NCBI GenBank assembly: GCA_026129095.1
Contig: JAHCIT010000001.1
Coordinates: forward strand, 186,245-250,244
Source of the DNA: Deltaproteobacteria bacterium
GTDB lineage: Bacteria > JAGRBM01 > JAHCIT01
DNA: 64,000 bases
Reading direction: 5' to 3'
Below are positions 33,252 through 41,826 of this stretch, piece after piece; within the stretch, counting starts at the first letter, position 1; every line of letters starts with the position of its first letter. The position numbers and the translations under genes were made by a program. The notes beneath the pieces were generated by a model. It saw only the letters and a program-made list of their open reading frames with translations. It had not been told where the DNA came from and made no database searches.

Positions 33252-33307
33252 AGTTCCATAGCCACTTTAAAACCATCCTTTTGGCCAAAATAACGGCTCG
33301 TTAATCC

Positions 33308-33324
33308 GTGACACTGTCTGTCAC
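33308..33324 (+). promoter_or_regulatory. palindromic box 3
   Basis: gtgacactgtctgtcac; plus strand N10 then TATCGT (33335-33340). Confidence 0.8.
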
Positions 33325-33384
33325 AGAGCGCCGCTATCGTTGTCCAGCCGACCAGAGAGATCTGTCGGCCGGAGTGTGCAGGCG

Positions 33385-34539
33385 ATGGAAACGGTTCTCC
33401 AGGGCGGCAACCTGTATTTCAAAACCGGCAGGGAACTCATCTCTTTCGGTGCCTGGCCGCATATCCGGTTCATGCGGAAAAACCTGTCCGGGCGCTGGGA
33501 GAAGCTGGCCGATAGCGACGCCGACCAGCACCGTCCATTGGAGAACCAGTGGCAGTTCATGGCATGGCTCGAAACCTTTCCGGCCGATGTGCGGGACATC
33601 GTAGTGGATTCACCTTTTGATCCGTTCAGGTTCCTACCCGTGCTGTGTGCTTCAGGAACAGCCGGACTGGATCTTTACCGGACCGGTGGCAGTTTCTGGA
33701 TCTTCGCCATTGCCCATTCGGACGAACTTGGCACTCCGGTCGGGTCCTCGGAATACTCCGGTCTCGTCCTGGCGAAACGGACCCGGATCGCCGAACGCCT
33801 TGGATTTCCTCCGACGAAACAGATGGCGAAAATTGCCGCAAAAATCGTAATTCAGACTTTCCCAGGGCCTTGGTTTCTGCCCCAGGCAAGGTCCGTGCTC
33901 AGGAATCCGGCATCTCTTGCGCTTTTGTCGCACGTGGAAACGGTTAGCTATTCATCGCTGCACGTATTGGGTTGCGGTATTCCACAACATTATCTGACCA
34001 GTACCCTGCTGGATGAAATCGCGAGGGACCATGAGAGCGGGTATGCGTCGAACCGCCTGCTCCTTTTGTACCAGACCTGGTCGAGAGTGCTTCCGGAGAC
34101 TCCATTCCCGGTAATCCGTTCGATGCATCAGGCAGAGACACTTGCGCAAAGGGTCGGAGTCTCCGCCATTGATGACAACCGGGAATTCCCGGAATCCCCG
34201 ATCTCCGTACCGCAGGGGATAAGCTATCTGGATTGCGCAAATGCGCTGCGTAGGGAGGGCCATCATCGGAAAAACTGTGTGGCCATGTATGTCGAAGAAG
34301 CCGTTTTCGGCCAGTCTTATTTTTTCAGCCTGCGACAACCAGAGCCCGCGACGCTCAGGATTGCCAAAGATCGAGGCACAAACTGCTGGAAAATCGTCGA
34401 GATCAAGGCCCCCTGCAACCAGCCGGTTAAGCCGGAGACCGTCGAATACGTCACGACGTGGCTGGATGAAGCCAGTCGAGAAATTACATCCGGTCAGTCA
34501 GGAAACAGTAGCGGGACTTTCAGATCCCACACTTCGTAG
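33385..34539 (+). CDS. PcfJ-like domain protein
   Basis: C-terminal ALRREGHHRKNCVAMY...FFSLR...ATL...EIKAPCN signature; ATG 33385 after GGAG. Confidence 0.7.
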   Translation: METVLQGGNLYFKTGRELISFGAWPHIRFMRKNLSGRWEKLADSDADQHRPLENQWQFMAWLETFPADVRDIVVDSPFDPFRFLPVLCASGTAGLDLYRTGGSFWIFAIAHSDELGTPVGSSEYSGLVLAKRTRIAERLGFPPTKQMAKIAAKIVIQTFPGPWFLPQARSVLRNPASLALLSHVETVSYSSLHVLGCGIPQHYLTSTLLDEIARDHESGYASNRLLLLYQTWSRVLPETPFPVIRSMHQAETLAQRVGVSAIDDNREFPESPISVPQGISYLDCANALRREGHHRKNCVAMYVEEAVFGQSYFFSLRQPEPATLRIAKDRGTNCWKIVEIKAPCNQPVKPETVEYVTTWLDEASREITSGQSGNSSGTFRSHTS

Positions 34540-34712
34540 TCGTCCTGGAGCCGGTCAAATATCCGGACCGATACCGGCCGGCGGTGGCGGATCAGCATCC
34601 CGAGAATCAGCGCTTCTTCCAGCGTCGGTGTTTCGTATACCTCATCGACGCAGGGGTCCATCAGGCTCCCCTGATCGATTTCGATGACGTACCGGTATTC
34701 AGCCTCATCCAT
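34494..34712 (-). CDS. small acidic hypothetical protein
   Basis: 72 aa ORF with AAGGAAG RBS, downstream of box 4. Confidence 0.5.
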   Translation of the reverse strand: MDEAEYRYVIEIDQGSLMDPCVDEVYETPTLEEALILGMLIRHRRPVSVRIFDRLQDDYEVWDLKVPLLFPD

Positions 34713-34748
34713 GCCGTCTTCCTTTCATAAAAAGTATGGCAGATGCCG

Positions 34749-34765
34749 GTGTCAGGCTGTGTCAC
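34749..34765 (-). promoter_or_regulatory. palindromic box 4 (1 mismatch)
   Basis: gtgtcaggctgtgtcac; minus strand N10 then CATACT. Confidence 0.7.
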
Positions 34766-34776
34766 CGGTTCAGGGT

Positions 34777-35223
34777 CTACCAGCGATACCCCAAGTCCTG
34801 AAACGCGCCCGAAGACAAATACCCATGAGGCGCTGACCGCCCGCTGAGAGCAAACTTGCTGGGCGCGGGGTTCGGGTGCCGCCGTAATTCCTCGTAAGCG
34901 CGCTGAATAAGGTCAACCGTCGGGGACGGGATCAGGATTGACGGTGCCTCCCATGCCGTGAGTGCAGCCACAACCGCTTCCGAGTCCGGTTTCTCTGTAA
35001 CCAGTCCGAAGAACTCAGGTATATTTTCCGGCTGCCAGGTCCCCCACACCAGCGTCACACGTCCATGTAGCGGCTTCGGTAGCGATGGAACCCGCCATAG
35101 GTCGGAGGCTTTGCCTGACACTCCGGGAAAAACGAATACACGGACAAGCGGACAGTGAGACAAGATCACCGGAAGATCGTCACGCAGGTAACCGAGCATA
35201 TAGGGACTATCCGTGATTTCCAT
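34777..35223 (-). CDS. hypothetical protein
   Basis: ORF with GGAGG RBS, 10 bp after the upstream gene. Confidence 0.6.
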   Translation of the reverse strand: MEITDSPYMLGYLRDDLPVILSHCPLVRVFVFPGVSGKASDLWRVPSLPKPLHGRVTLVWGTWQPENIPEFFGLVTEKPDSEAVVAALTAWEAPSILIPSPTVDLIQRAYEELRRHPNPAPSKFALSGRSAPHGYLSSGAFQDLGYRW

Positions 35224-35233
35224 TTCGAGCCTC

Positions 35234-36253
35234 CTATGAAATCAAGGGTGCCGTGTCACCGGTTCTGGACTGTATCTCCGGCCAGCGGTCTTTCACCCCA
35301 AGCTCCATCAGCCACGTCTTGACCACCGAGAGGGCGTCATCCGGGCCGTCCACGTCAGCAGCGATCTGGTAGAACTCCCGCCACCAGAGGCCGCAATGCC
35401 GATAATGCGCCTGCACCACTCCGCACTTGTCCCGGAACCCGAACAGGCTGAACGAATCAAAAAGCCTGACGAGAGCGGCACGGCCCGCCCGTCTTCGTGC
35501 ATCTCCGGAAAGCGACACACCACCGGTCAGATCCGACTTGGCTGCTTCAATTATAGGCTTCAGCTTATCCGTCGGTTGATGCAACCGATCGCCTTCCATA
35601 TGGATCCGGCCGAGCCTGAGGCACAGATCGAGCAATGCCCGGGAATACGATTCCTGTATCAGGATGGAGGGCCACTGCATCGCTTCAAACATGCCCTGCG
35701 TCGGATCGGCGTATTTGAAGATCAACCAGTCCCGGTTTCCTTCAGCCGAATTCACCTGGTCGAGGAAGGCGTCTATGGGATCGCCTTCCAGAGGGCTGGC
35801 AATGTATGAATAGGTGTTGGGATCCCAACTGAATCGCACAACTGCCCCGTCAGCAGCGATATGCAGCGCGCCCGTCAAGGATTCAACCCGCCGCACATCG
35901 GCCCATATTTCTGGATACCACTTCTGCGACGCAAGGGTCCGGGCGAACGGTTCAGCCGCCTGCCGAACGAAAAGCACTACTGCCCTTGTACGCCCTCCTC
36001 GATTGCACGGCCATCCAGGACACTCCGAATAGGGCGGGATGCCGTTGCACCTGAAGTAACCCACCGGCGGAGTATTCTTGCGCATCCATAAATCGTCTGC
36101 GACCCAGCGTTCGAATGAATCACGATCTGCCGACACTTTGACATAGGGAACGACTATCCCGGTATCGATACCCTTGGCCTCATCCAAAAGTCTCTGGATG
36201 CTGGCTCGAAGAACGGTCTCTTTTGCCGCTTCGGGAACGTCGTCGAATATCAC
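35234..36253 (-). CDS. hypothetical protein
   Basis: 339 aa ORF, AGGAG RBS, downstream of box 5. Confidence 0.65.
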   Translation of the reverse strand: MIFDDVPEAAKETVLRASIQRLLDEAKGIDTGIVVPYVKVSADRDSFERWVADDLWMRKNTPPVGYFRCNGIPPYSECPGWPCNRGGRTRAVVLFVRQAAEPFARTLASQKWYPEIWADVRRVESLTGALHIAADGAVVRFSWDPNTYSYIASPLEGDPIDAFLDQVNSAEGNRDWLIFKYADPTQGMFEAMQWPSILIQESYSRALLDLCLRLGRIHMEGDRLHQPTDKLKPIIEAAKSDLTGGVSLSGDARRRAGRAALVRLFDSFSLFGFRDKCGVVQAHYRHCGLWWREFYQIAADVDGPDDALSVVKTWLMELGVKDRWPEIQSRTGDTAPLIS

Positions 36254-36352
36254 GGTGCAACTCCTTTTAGCTCCTGGAATTTCTCTCGCGCCCCAGGTGC
36301 AATCCGGAAGAACAAATCCCCGGCGCGTATGTGATTATTATGGACTGCCACG

Positions 36353-36369
36353 GTGACAGGACGTGTCAC
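36353..36369 (-). promoter_or_regulatory. palindromic box 5
   Basis: gtgacaggacgtgtcac; minus strand N10 then CATAAT. Confidence 0.82.
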
Positions 36370-36379
36370 CGTATTGACC

Positions 36380-36658
36380 TTATCTGCCCTGTTCTTCCGC
36401 AAACCGTTCCAGATAACGGACCAGATCCTCGTCACGGATGTGAAAAGGATCCGTACCCGCCGGAATTGCAGCCGAAACAATCTGAAGCATCCGCCCCTCC
36501 GGCCATTTCTCGCGGATGTTGAGCAGCAGTTCGGCCACGCGGATCACCTGCTGGGGATCACGGGCCTGCTGCTTCCAGCCGCCGGAGGATTTCATCTGCT
36601 CCAAAACACGCCGTCCTGCTTCGATCTGCCGTCTGGTTTCTTCGCCAATAGTCATCAC
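36380..36658 (-). CDS. small hypothetical protein
   Basis: GAGGAG RBS; 92 aa ORF. Confidence 0.5.
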   Translation of the reverse strand: MMTIGEETRRQIEAGRRVLEQMKSSGGWKQQARDPQQVIRVAELLLNIREKWPEGRMLQIVSAAIPAGTDPFHIRDEDLVRYLERFAEEQGR

Positions 36659-36875
36659 GAGTCTCCTCTATGCACTGCTCTGCTGCCTCCACTTCCACCG
36701 GTCCATAAATCCTACCGTCGTAGGTCTCGCAGAAGCAGACCCGGCTGTTTCCCTCGCCGCGCTCGAAGCCGTAGTCGTCTCCGCAAGCCCTGTCGCAGGG
36801 GCCTTCGTCGCCGCAGGATAGGCCTGTCACTGCCAAAACCACCGCGATACCCCTCCACAACTTTTCTGGAATCAT
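36558..36875 (-). CDS. small Cys-rich putative lipoprotein (overlaps next ORF, possibly disrupted)
   Basis: Hydrophobic segment with GLSC lipobox-like site; 100-bp overlap with the downstream ORF lowers confidence. Confidence 0.4.
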   Translation of the reverse strand: MIPEKLWRGIAVVLAVTGLSCGDEGPCDRACGDDYGFERGEGNSRVCFCETYDGRIYGPVEVEAAEQCIEETRDDYWRRNQTADRSRTACFGADEILRRLEAAGP

Positions 36876-36914
36876 GCGGCCCCCCCCCTGCACCTGATAA
36901 CGATACCAATAATG

Positions 36915-36931
36915 GTGACAGGATATGTCAC
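36915..36931. promoter_or_regulatory. palindromic box 6, between the WYL gene and the divergent unit
   Basis: gtgacaggatatgtcac; minus strand N9 then TATCGT; 9 bp upstream of the WYL gene -35. Confidence 0.82.
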
Positions 36932-36940
36932 CGGTTTTCG

Positions 36941-36969
36941 TTGCCCGTTTTGGTGAAACCGCATAGATT
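36941..36969 (+). promoter_or_regulatory. sigma70-type promoter of the WYL gene (likely leaderless mRNA)
   Basis: TTGCCC-N17-TAGATT, then 6 nt to ATG 36976; no Shine-Dalgarno. Confidence 0.55.
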
Positions 36970-36975
36970 TCTTCT

Positions 36976-37995
36976 ATGACAAGAAGGAAAGCAGTCCCCC
37001 GGAAGGCATCCCGCGAGGACTATTTCGAGCGGATCTGGAACCTGCTCCGGCAGATGGACGAGGCGGGACTGAACGGCGCAACCGTCGAGGACCTCGCCGG
37101 ACATATGGCGGCGGTCGATGAGCGGACTGTGCGCCGCTATGCCGAGGATTGCGTCAAGATCGGCATCGTCGAAATCGTCCCGCCAAAAGACAAGCGGGAG
37201 CGCCGCCGTTACCGGATCAATGACGATACCAAACGGATGTGGCGGCTCAAGTTCGATCCCGTGGAAGTCGGATCGATCATCCTGGGCGAAACGGTCCTGC
37301 GCCGGTCAGGGCACGACCTGTATGCAAACGCGCTGAAGCGAGTCCGAAGCCGCATCGAGGAAACGGCAGGCCCCCTGCTCAAGAAGCAGTTTGACGGGCT
37401 CGACCGCACACTGGTTCTCACCCAGCCGACGCGCCTCGAAAATCTTCTCGTGCTGGAAAACCTCCACCGGGCACTGGCCGAGAGCCGCATCGCAGTCATT
37501 CACTACGAGAAACCGGGGGCGAAAGTCCGCCCGCACGAAGTGAAGCCCGTGGCCCTCATCGCCGGGCCGAACATGGCGGGCGGGCGGCTCTACCTGCTCG
37601 CCGATCATGTCGCCAAGGGATACCGGCTGGAGTTCGCCCTGCCGCGTATCCGGGATGTTGTCGTAACCGGAACCGCCTTTACGCCGCCCGATCCGGCATC
37701 GCTGCAGAAGGAACTCAGCGCTTCGTTCGGCGTGTTTGTCGGCGGGAAGCCGGAGAAAGTCCGCATCCGGTTCACCGGCAGCGCCGCCGCCTACGCCCAG
37801 GAACACCAGTGGCACCCGTCGCAGAAATTCCGCAAGATCAATGATACCGAGGTGGAACTCGTCATGACCTGCACGGTCACCGATCAGCTTGTCGGCTGGG
37901 TGCTGTCGTTCGGTAGCTCGGCGAAGGTGGTGGGGCCGAGGCGGCTGGAAGTGATGGTGAGGAATGAGGCGGGGAAAGTCGTCTCTGGTTGGTAA
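36976..37995 (+). CDS. wHTH-WYL-WCX transcriptional regulator (YafY/PafBC/DriD-like)
   Basis: HTH VEDLA...VDERTVRRY; WYL IHYEK...EVKPVAL...RLYLLA...FALPRI; WCX VRIRF...QWHPSQ...WVLSFGSSAKVVGP. Confidence 0.92.
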   Translation: MTRRKAVPRKASREDYFERIWNLLRQMDEAGLNGATVEDLAGHMAAVDERTVRRYAEDCVKIGIVEIVPPKDKRERRRYRINDDTKRMWRLKFDPVEVGSIILGETVLRRSGHDLYANALKRVRSRIEETAGPLLKKQFDGLDRTLVLTQPTRLENLLVLENLHRALAESRIAVIHYEKPGAKVRPHEVKPVALIAGPNMAGGRLYLLADHVAKGYRLEFALPRIRDVVVTGTAFTPPDPASLQKELSASFGVFVGGKPEKVRIRFTGSAAAYAQEHQWHPSQKFRKINDTEVELVMTCTVTDQLVGWVLSFGSSAKVVGPRRLEVMVRNEAGKVVSGW

Positions 37996-38032
37996 TGTAT
38001 GGCAATCACCCAAACACTCATGGATGAAAGCG

Positions 38033-38761
38033 TCACGAAACTCTATACGGTCCGATCGGCGGCCACACCAAGATTCCATTTAGCACTTCTTGTATTTTTT
38101 CTGGAAGGCTACCGAAGCCAAGGCCGGTATGTTTCAATGAAAGCGGTCCCGACGGATTTTGCGTAATGCCGCCAATGATCGAAGCATTTGATCTCGAATT
38201 TTTGAATTTCAGGTCATATTCCGTTGAGAGCTTTAGCTCTTGGGCATATGCACGCCGAACTCCGTGCATGAGAATCGATTCAACTTCTTTCCGCTTTTCT
38301 ATCCTATCTTCTTTCCCATCGGCTGATTTTAACAGACCAAAAGAAAATACGTGTGAATAAAGATAGTCCTCAAACATACGCCGACGGCGCTCATCAAAGA
38401 AACGATCTTTCAAACAACCTTGATAATCCTCAGGGGATCTAGGCTGATACAGAAACGTGGTATTACGATCGTACTCTTTGTTAATTATAAATTTTTCCCA
38501 AAAATATAGTGGGTCATCATGCAGACGTATATCGAAAGCATTGTATCCACCAGTCAACTGAGTGGCGATGTGATGAGTAAACCTCGGCAGGAACCTTTTC
38601 GCCTGTCCGATATAGGTTATTCGAGGGACGATTCCATTGAATATCCATAGATACACCCCGCCACTGTTTTTTAATTGCTTCGCACAATAATCCAAATCTT
38701 TAGGCTCATATCCCTTGGTCCACTCTATCGTTATAGTTTCAATATTCTGCTGATCGGTCAT
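38033..38761 (-). CDS. GIY-YIG-like nuclease (AT-rich gene)
   Basis: GGVYLW...YIGQA...RFTHH and later EVESIL; start ATG 38761. Confidence 0.6.
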   Translation of the reverse strand: MTDQQNIETITIEWTKGYEPKDLDYCAKQLKNSGGVYLWIFNGIVPRITYIGQAKRFLPRFTHHIATQLTGGYNAFDIRLHDDPLYFWEKFIINKEYDRNTTFLYQPRSPEDYQGCLKDRFFDERRRRMFEDYLYSHVFSFGLLKSADGKEDRIEKRKEVESILMHGVRRAYAQELKLSTEYDLKFKNSRSNASIIGGITQNPSGPLSLKHTGLGFGSLPEKIQEVLNGILVWPPIGPYRVS

Positions 38762-38829
38762 CACTCCTCCATCAATTTCTCGCGAAGCTTCACCATCGCC
38801 AGCGTGTCCTAGCCACAGCAATCGCGAAG
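38761..38829 (-). pseudogene. remnant of the 3' end of a second DUF2779-type gene
   Basis: Translates LRDCCG*DTLAMVKLREKLMEE*, versus LRDYCGQDTLAMVKLREKLMEG* at 39824-39892. Confidence 0.85.
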
Positions 38830-38871
38830 AGGACTCGGAAACCAGTCCCTATAATCGCAAACTCGGCGTCT

Positions 38872-39819
38872 TTAGCCATCCGACTCAATCCACTCCTCAA
38901 ATCTCCCCTTGCCGCCCTCAAACCGCATGACACATTCGCCAGCCGGACCGCTGACGTTCCTCAGGACGGAGATCTTCATCAGGTTGTTCAAATTCTTATT
39001 CTTGGCTTCTTCCACTGTAACAAACAGTTCCGGCCGGTGCAGAAGGATCACCTTGTCCGCCGCGTCGGCGATGACCGTCGGGTTCCAGAAGTTCCTGAAC
39101 GTCGGCGCTCCCATCAGATCTTCATTTTGCCGGTGCCTCAACCGGGTTCCGGCAATCACCGCCCATCCGCTGGCCTCCGCCAGCCCGCGCAGTTCGGCGA
39201 CTGCCTCCGCAATTCGCTCCTTCCGTTTCATCGTGGACGATTCATAGGCATTGAACGGGTAGTGGTCTTCGAGCCGGTCAACAAACAGGATTCCGGGCCG
39301 GGATCTACCCTCTGCATCGCTTTTCATCTGGTCCATCTGGCTTGCCAGACTCCATACATCCTGCGGCCTCCTGGGACTGAAAGCGATGGGATAACCGGAT
39401 ATCCGGCGGCGGGATTCATTCAGCGTCTCGGTATCCGCCCCGCGCAGTATCTGCATGGCTCCCAGTCCGCTGTCGATCGATAGCATCTGGAGCATCCACT
39501 TCTCCGGTATTTCGTCGGTGAGCGACACCAGCACCGGAGTAACCTCCGAGGGCGGGAGATTCCGGGCAATCAGGTTACGAATGATGCCGATCATGAAAGC
39601 GGTCGTGCCTGTTCCCGCAAATCCACCGACAACGGTCAACTCACCGGGGACGAGCCCCCCGATAATCCAGTCAAGCGAGTTAAAACCGGTCTGGATTTCC
39701 GCTGACCGGCCCTCGCACCTGTCCTGGATTCTGCCAAACAGACGTTCGAGCACGCCCGATGCGTCTGTCCGGCCTGTCAGGCGACTTGTTGCCGGTATTA
39801 CGGTTTCTGCCGCTTCCAT
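38872..39819 (-). CDS. DnaB-like RecA-fold helicase C-terminal domain, degenerate
   Basis: TGFNSLDWIIGGLVPGELTVVGG, ADKVILLHR, GPAG; catalytic residues altered. Confidence 0.8.
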   Translation of the reverse strand: MEAAETVIPATSRLTGRTDASGVLERLFGRIQDRCEGRSAEIQTGFNSLDWIIGGLVPGELTVVGGFAGTGTTAFMIGIIRNLIARNLPPSEVTPVLVSLTDEIPEKWMLQMLSIDSGLGAMQILRGADTETLNESRRRISGYPIAFSPRRPQDVWSLASQMDQMKSDAEGRSRPGILFVDRLEDHYPFNAYESSTMKRKERIAEAVAELRGLAEASGWAVIAGTRLRHRQNEDLMGAPTFRNFWNPTVIADAADKVILLHRPELFVTVEEAKNKNLNNLMKISVLRNVSGPAGECVMRFEGGKGRFEEWIESDG

Positions 39820-39823
39820 GCCG

Positions 39824-41308
39824 TCACCCCTCCATCAACTTTTCCCGCAGCTTCACCATCGCCAGGGTGTCCTGACCGCAGTAATCCCGCAACGCTTTCT
39901 CCAGCCGCTTCTTTTCCTTCGGATCGTCTACTGAGAGCATGGTCATGAAGGCGACGCCCGCCTCCATTCCGCCCGCTACATCCATCCCTTCGTAGGTCAT
40001 CTCGGGCACCAGCGCGGGCAGCACAGACTTGATCGAGAACGATCCGTGGAACTCGGGATGGTAGATATGCTCGCGCAGGACCGGGAGCATGTCCCACAGC
40101 CGGTCCACCAGTTTCAGCAGTGGTTTCTCCAGCTTCGGCAGGTCCTTGGCAAGCTGGTTGATGACCCGGGCTTCAAAAGCGGAATAGGTGCAGATGACGC
40201 CTGTCCTTTCGACCGATTCGATCAGCTGCACCGCCAGTTCTTCGCGCGGGTCGTCACCGGTCGTCGCCAGAAACATCCGGTGGTCGTGCCCTTTCCTTCC
40301 CTTCTCCACATGGAGCGACCACTGGAACGGCACCGAGTCATAGGGGCGCGTTCCGGCGTAGCGCGGGATTGCCGGCATGAAGGTCTCGAAGTCGAGGTAG
40401 TGGACCGGGCCCGGCAGGTCCTTAAGCACCTTGCCCAGCTTGCCGGATTTCCAGGTTTTCCCCGACCGGACCACCGAAACGGCCCGGCGCTGCAGGGGGC
40501 TCAGGGGAAAATCGTCCGGCACCTCATGAATCTCCGCAACGCCCATCGCCCGGAGCTGTTCCTTTTTCGCTGCGTGAAGCGACGGGATGTGTTCCACCGG
40601 ATGATCGGGATATATCATCCCCTTCGTGCAGTGGGCGTAGAAGGGGCACGGATAGGGAACCGTGCACTGATCACCCGGCCCGATCTTCGGAGGTTTCTTC
40701 TTCGCCAGCATCGCGTAAAGTCCGGCGACTTTGGCAGCGATCTCTTTCTGACGGCCTATGGCCAGACTAGTCCGGTCGTGCAGCGTGAAAAGGTTCTTGA
40801 GATCGAGCTTCCTGCCGTCGAATACGTAGTCGCGGCTCAGGAGCAGGACTCCGGCCGATTCGACCTTGAGGCCCGCGCCCTTCAGCACCCAGTACTGAAG
40901 CGCCACGTCTTCCTCGAACTGTTCTTTCACCTTCGTACTCGATTTCACCTCGATCAGGTTCCAGCGGTCCTTGCCAACGCGCTCGATGATGTCCGCCCGG
41001 ACCAGCACGTTCTCGTGCATGAAGGCCGCTTCGTAAATGACGCTAACCTTCGGATCTTTCAGTAGCTTCGCCGTCTGCTTGAGCGCCTCATCCGTCTGCG
41101 TGTGATCGGCCTCGACCAGCACTCCCCCCGGATACCTCTGCTGCGCCAGGACGCCCACCTCGTGGCCGGTATCGAACACCGCCTGCTGGACCTCGTCGGC
41201 CTCCTCCGCCAGGTCAGGCTCATAGACGTGGTACCAGAGCCGGAGCGGGCATTGGAGCCCGTACATGTACCGGGATTTGGAGAGGCGGGGGGCCTGGGCT
41301 TTACTCAT
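39824..41308 (-). CDS. DUF2779 protein: Cas4/RecB-like PD-(D/E)XK nuclease plus RNase H-like domain
   Basis: LSKSRY..GLQCP, RADII, IEVKSS, CTVPYPCPFYAHC, YLDFET, PFQWS, SIKSVLP, YCGQDT. Confidence 0.85.
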   Translation of the reverse strand: MSKAQAPRLSKSRYMYGLQCPLRLWYHVYEPDLAEEADEVQQAVFDTGHEVGVLAQQRYPGGVLVEADHTQTDEALKQTAKLLKDPKVSVIYEAAFMHENVLVRADIIERVGKDRWNLIEVKSSTKVKEQFEEDVALQYWVLKGAGLKVESAGVLLLSRDYVFDGRKLDLKNLFTLHDRTSLAIGRQKEIAAKVAGLYAMLAKKKPPKIGPGDQCTVPYPCPFYAHCTKGMIYPDHPVEHIPSLHAAKKEQLRAMGVAEIHEVPDDFPLSPLQRRAVSVVRSGKTWKSGKLGKVLKDLPGPVHYLDFETFMPAIPRYAGTRPYDSVPFQWSLHVEKGRKGHDHRMFLATTGDDPREELAVQLIESVERTGVICTYSAFEARVINQLAKDLPKLEKPLLKLVDRLWDMLPVLREHIYHPEFHGSFSIKSVLPALVPEMTYEGMDVAGGMEAGVAFMTMLSVDDPKEKKRLEKALRDYCGQDTLAMVKLREKLMEG

Positions 41309-41332
41309 GGTTCCTCACCATACAATTTCGTT

Positions 41333-41349
41333 GTGTCAGGACATGACAC
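41333..41349 (-). promoter_or_regulatory. palindromic box 7 (symmetric variant GTGTCA-N5-TGACAC)
   Basis: gtgtcaggacatgacac; minus strand N10 then TATGGT, 8 nt before the DUF2779 ATG. Confidence 0.75.
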
Positions 41350-41356
41350 GATTCAT

Positions 41357-41728
41357 TCAATTGGCAACCAGTAGCTTACGGGACCGGTAATGCTCGTCAT
41401 ACAATATTTTGGTCCGCTTCACGGGAAGCGAGAAGTGCCGGATCACGCGATCACTGAACTTCTGGAGCTGTGGGTCCACGTATAGGAGATATATGCGGCT
41501 TTCCTCATCGTAAACGATCCGCCCGCGCGGCCAGTCGTCGTAATCCGTTTCGGCGAACAGCCCGCCCTTCTCCAGTGCCCAGTGTTCCCATTGTTCCAGG
41601 TGTCCCTCTGGATGATTCCTGAAACGGCCGTAACTTTCAGATTTCCCCAACGGCGTCTTGGCGGATACCAGCTTCACTCGTCCCTTTTCAATTCGGATGA
41701 ACCAAAAGATGCCGAGTGAGGGTGCCAT
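41357..41728 (-). CDS. hypothetical protein
   Basis: GIFWF...YDDWPRGRIVY...DEHY, conserved-looking motifs. Confidence 0.65.
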   Translation of the reverse strand: MAPSLGIFWFIRIEKGRVKLVSAKTPLGKSESYGRFRNHPEGHLEQWEHWALEKGGLFAETDYDDWPRGRIVYDEESRIYLLYVDPQLQKFSDRVIRHFSLPVKRTKILYDEHYRSRKLLVAN

Positions 41729-41826
41729 ATCTCAATCCCATTGTTCTCCCATTCAAAACAATGGAACAAACATCTTCTGCCAATATAAACTTGGTTGACA
41801 TATAGCACCTTGGATCAATCTGAGAA

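Noticed and set aside
38762-38821. N-terminal extension of ORF 38033-38821
   Set aside because: It is an off-frame reading of the DUF2779 remnant; the real start is probably ATG 38761.
39824-41308. CRISPR-Cas adaptation module
   Set aside because: Cas4-like motifs only; no cas1, cas2 or array in the window.
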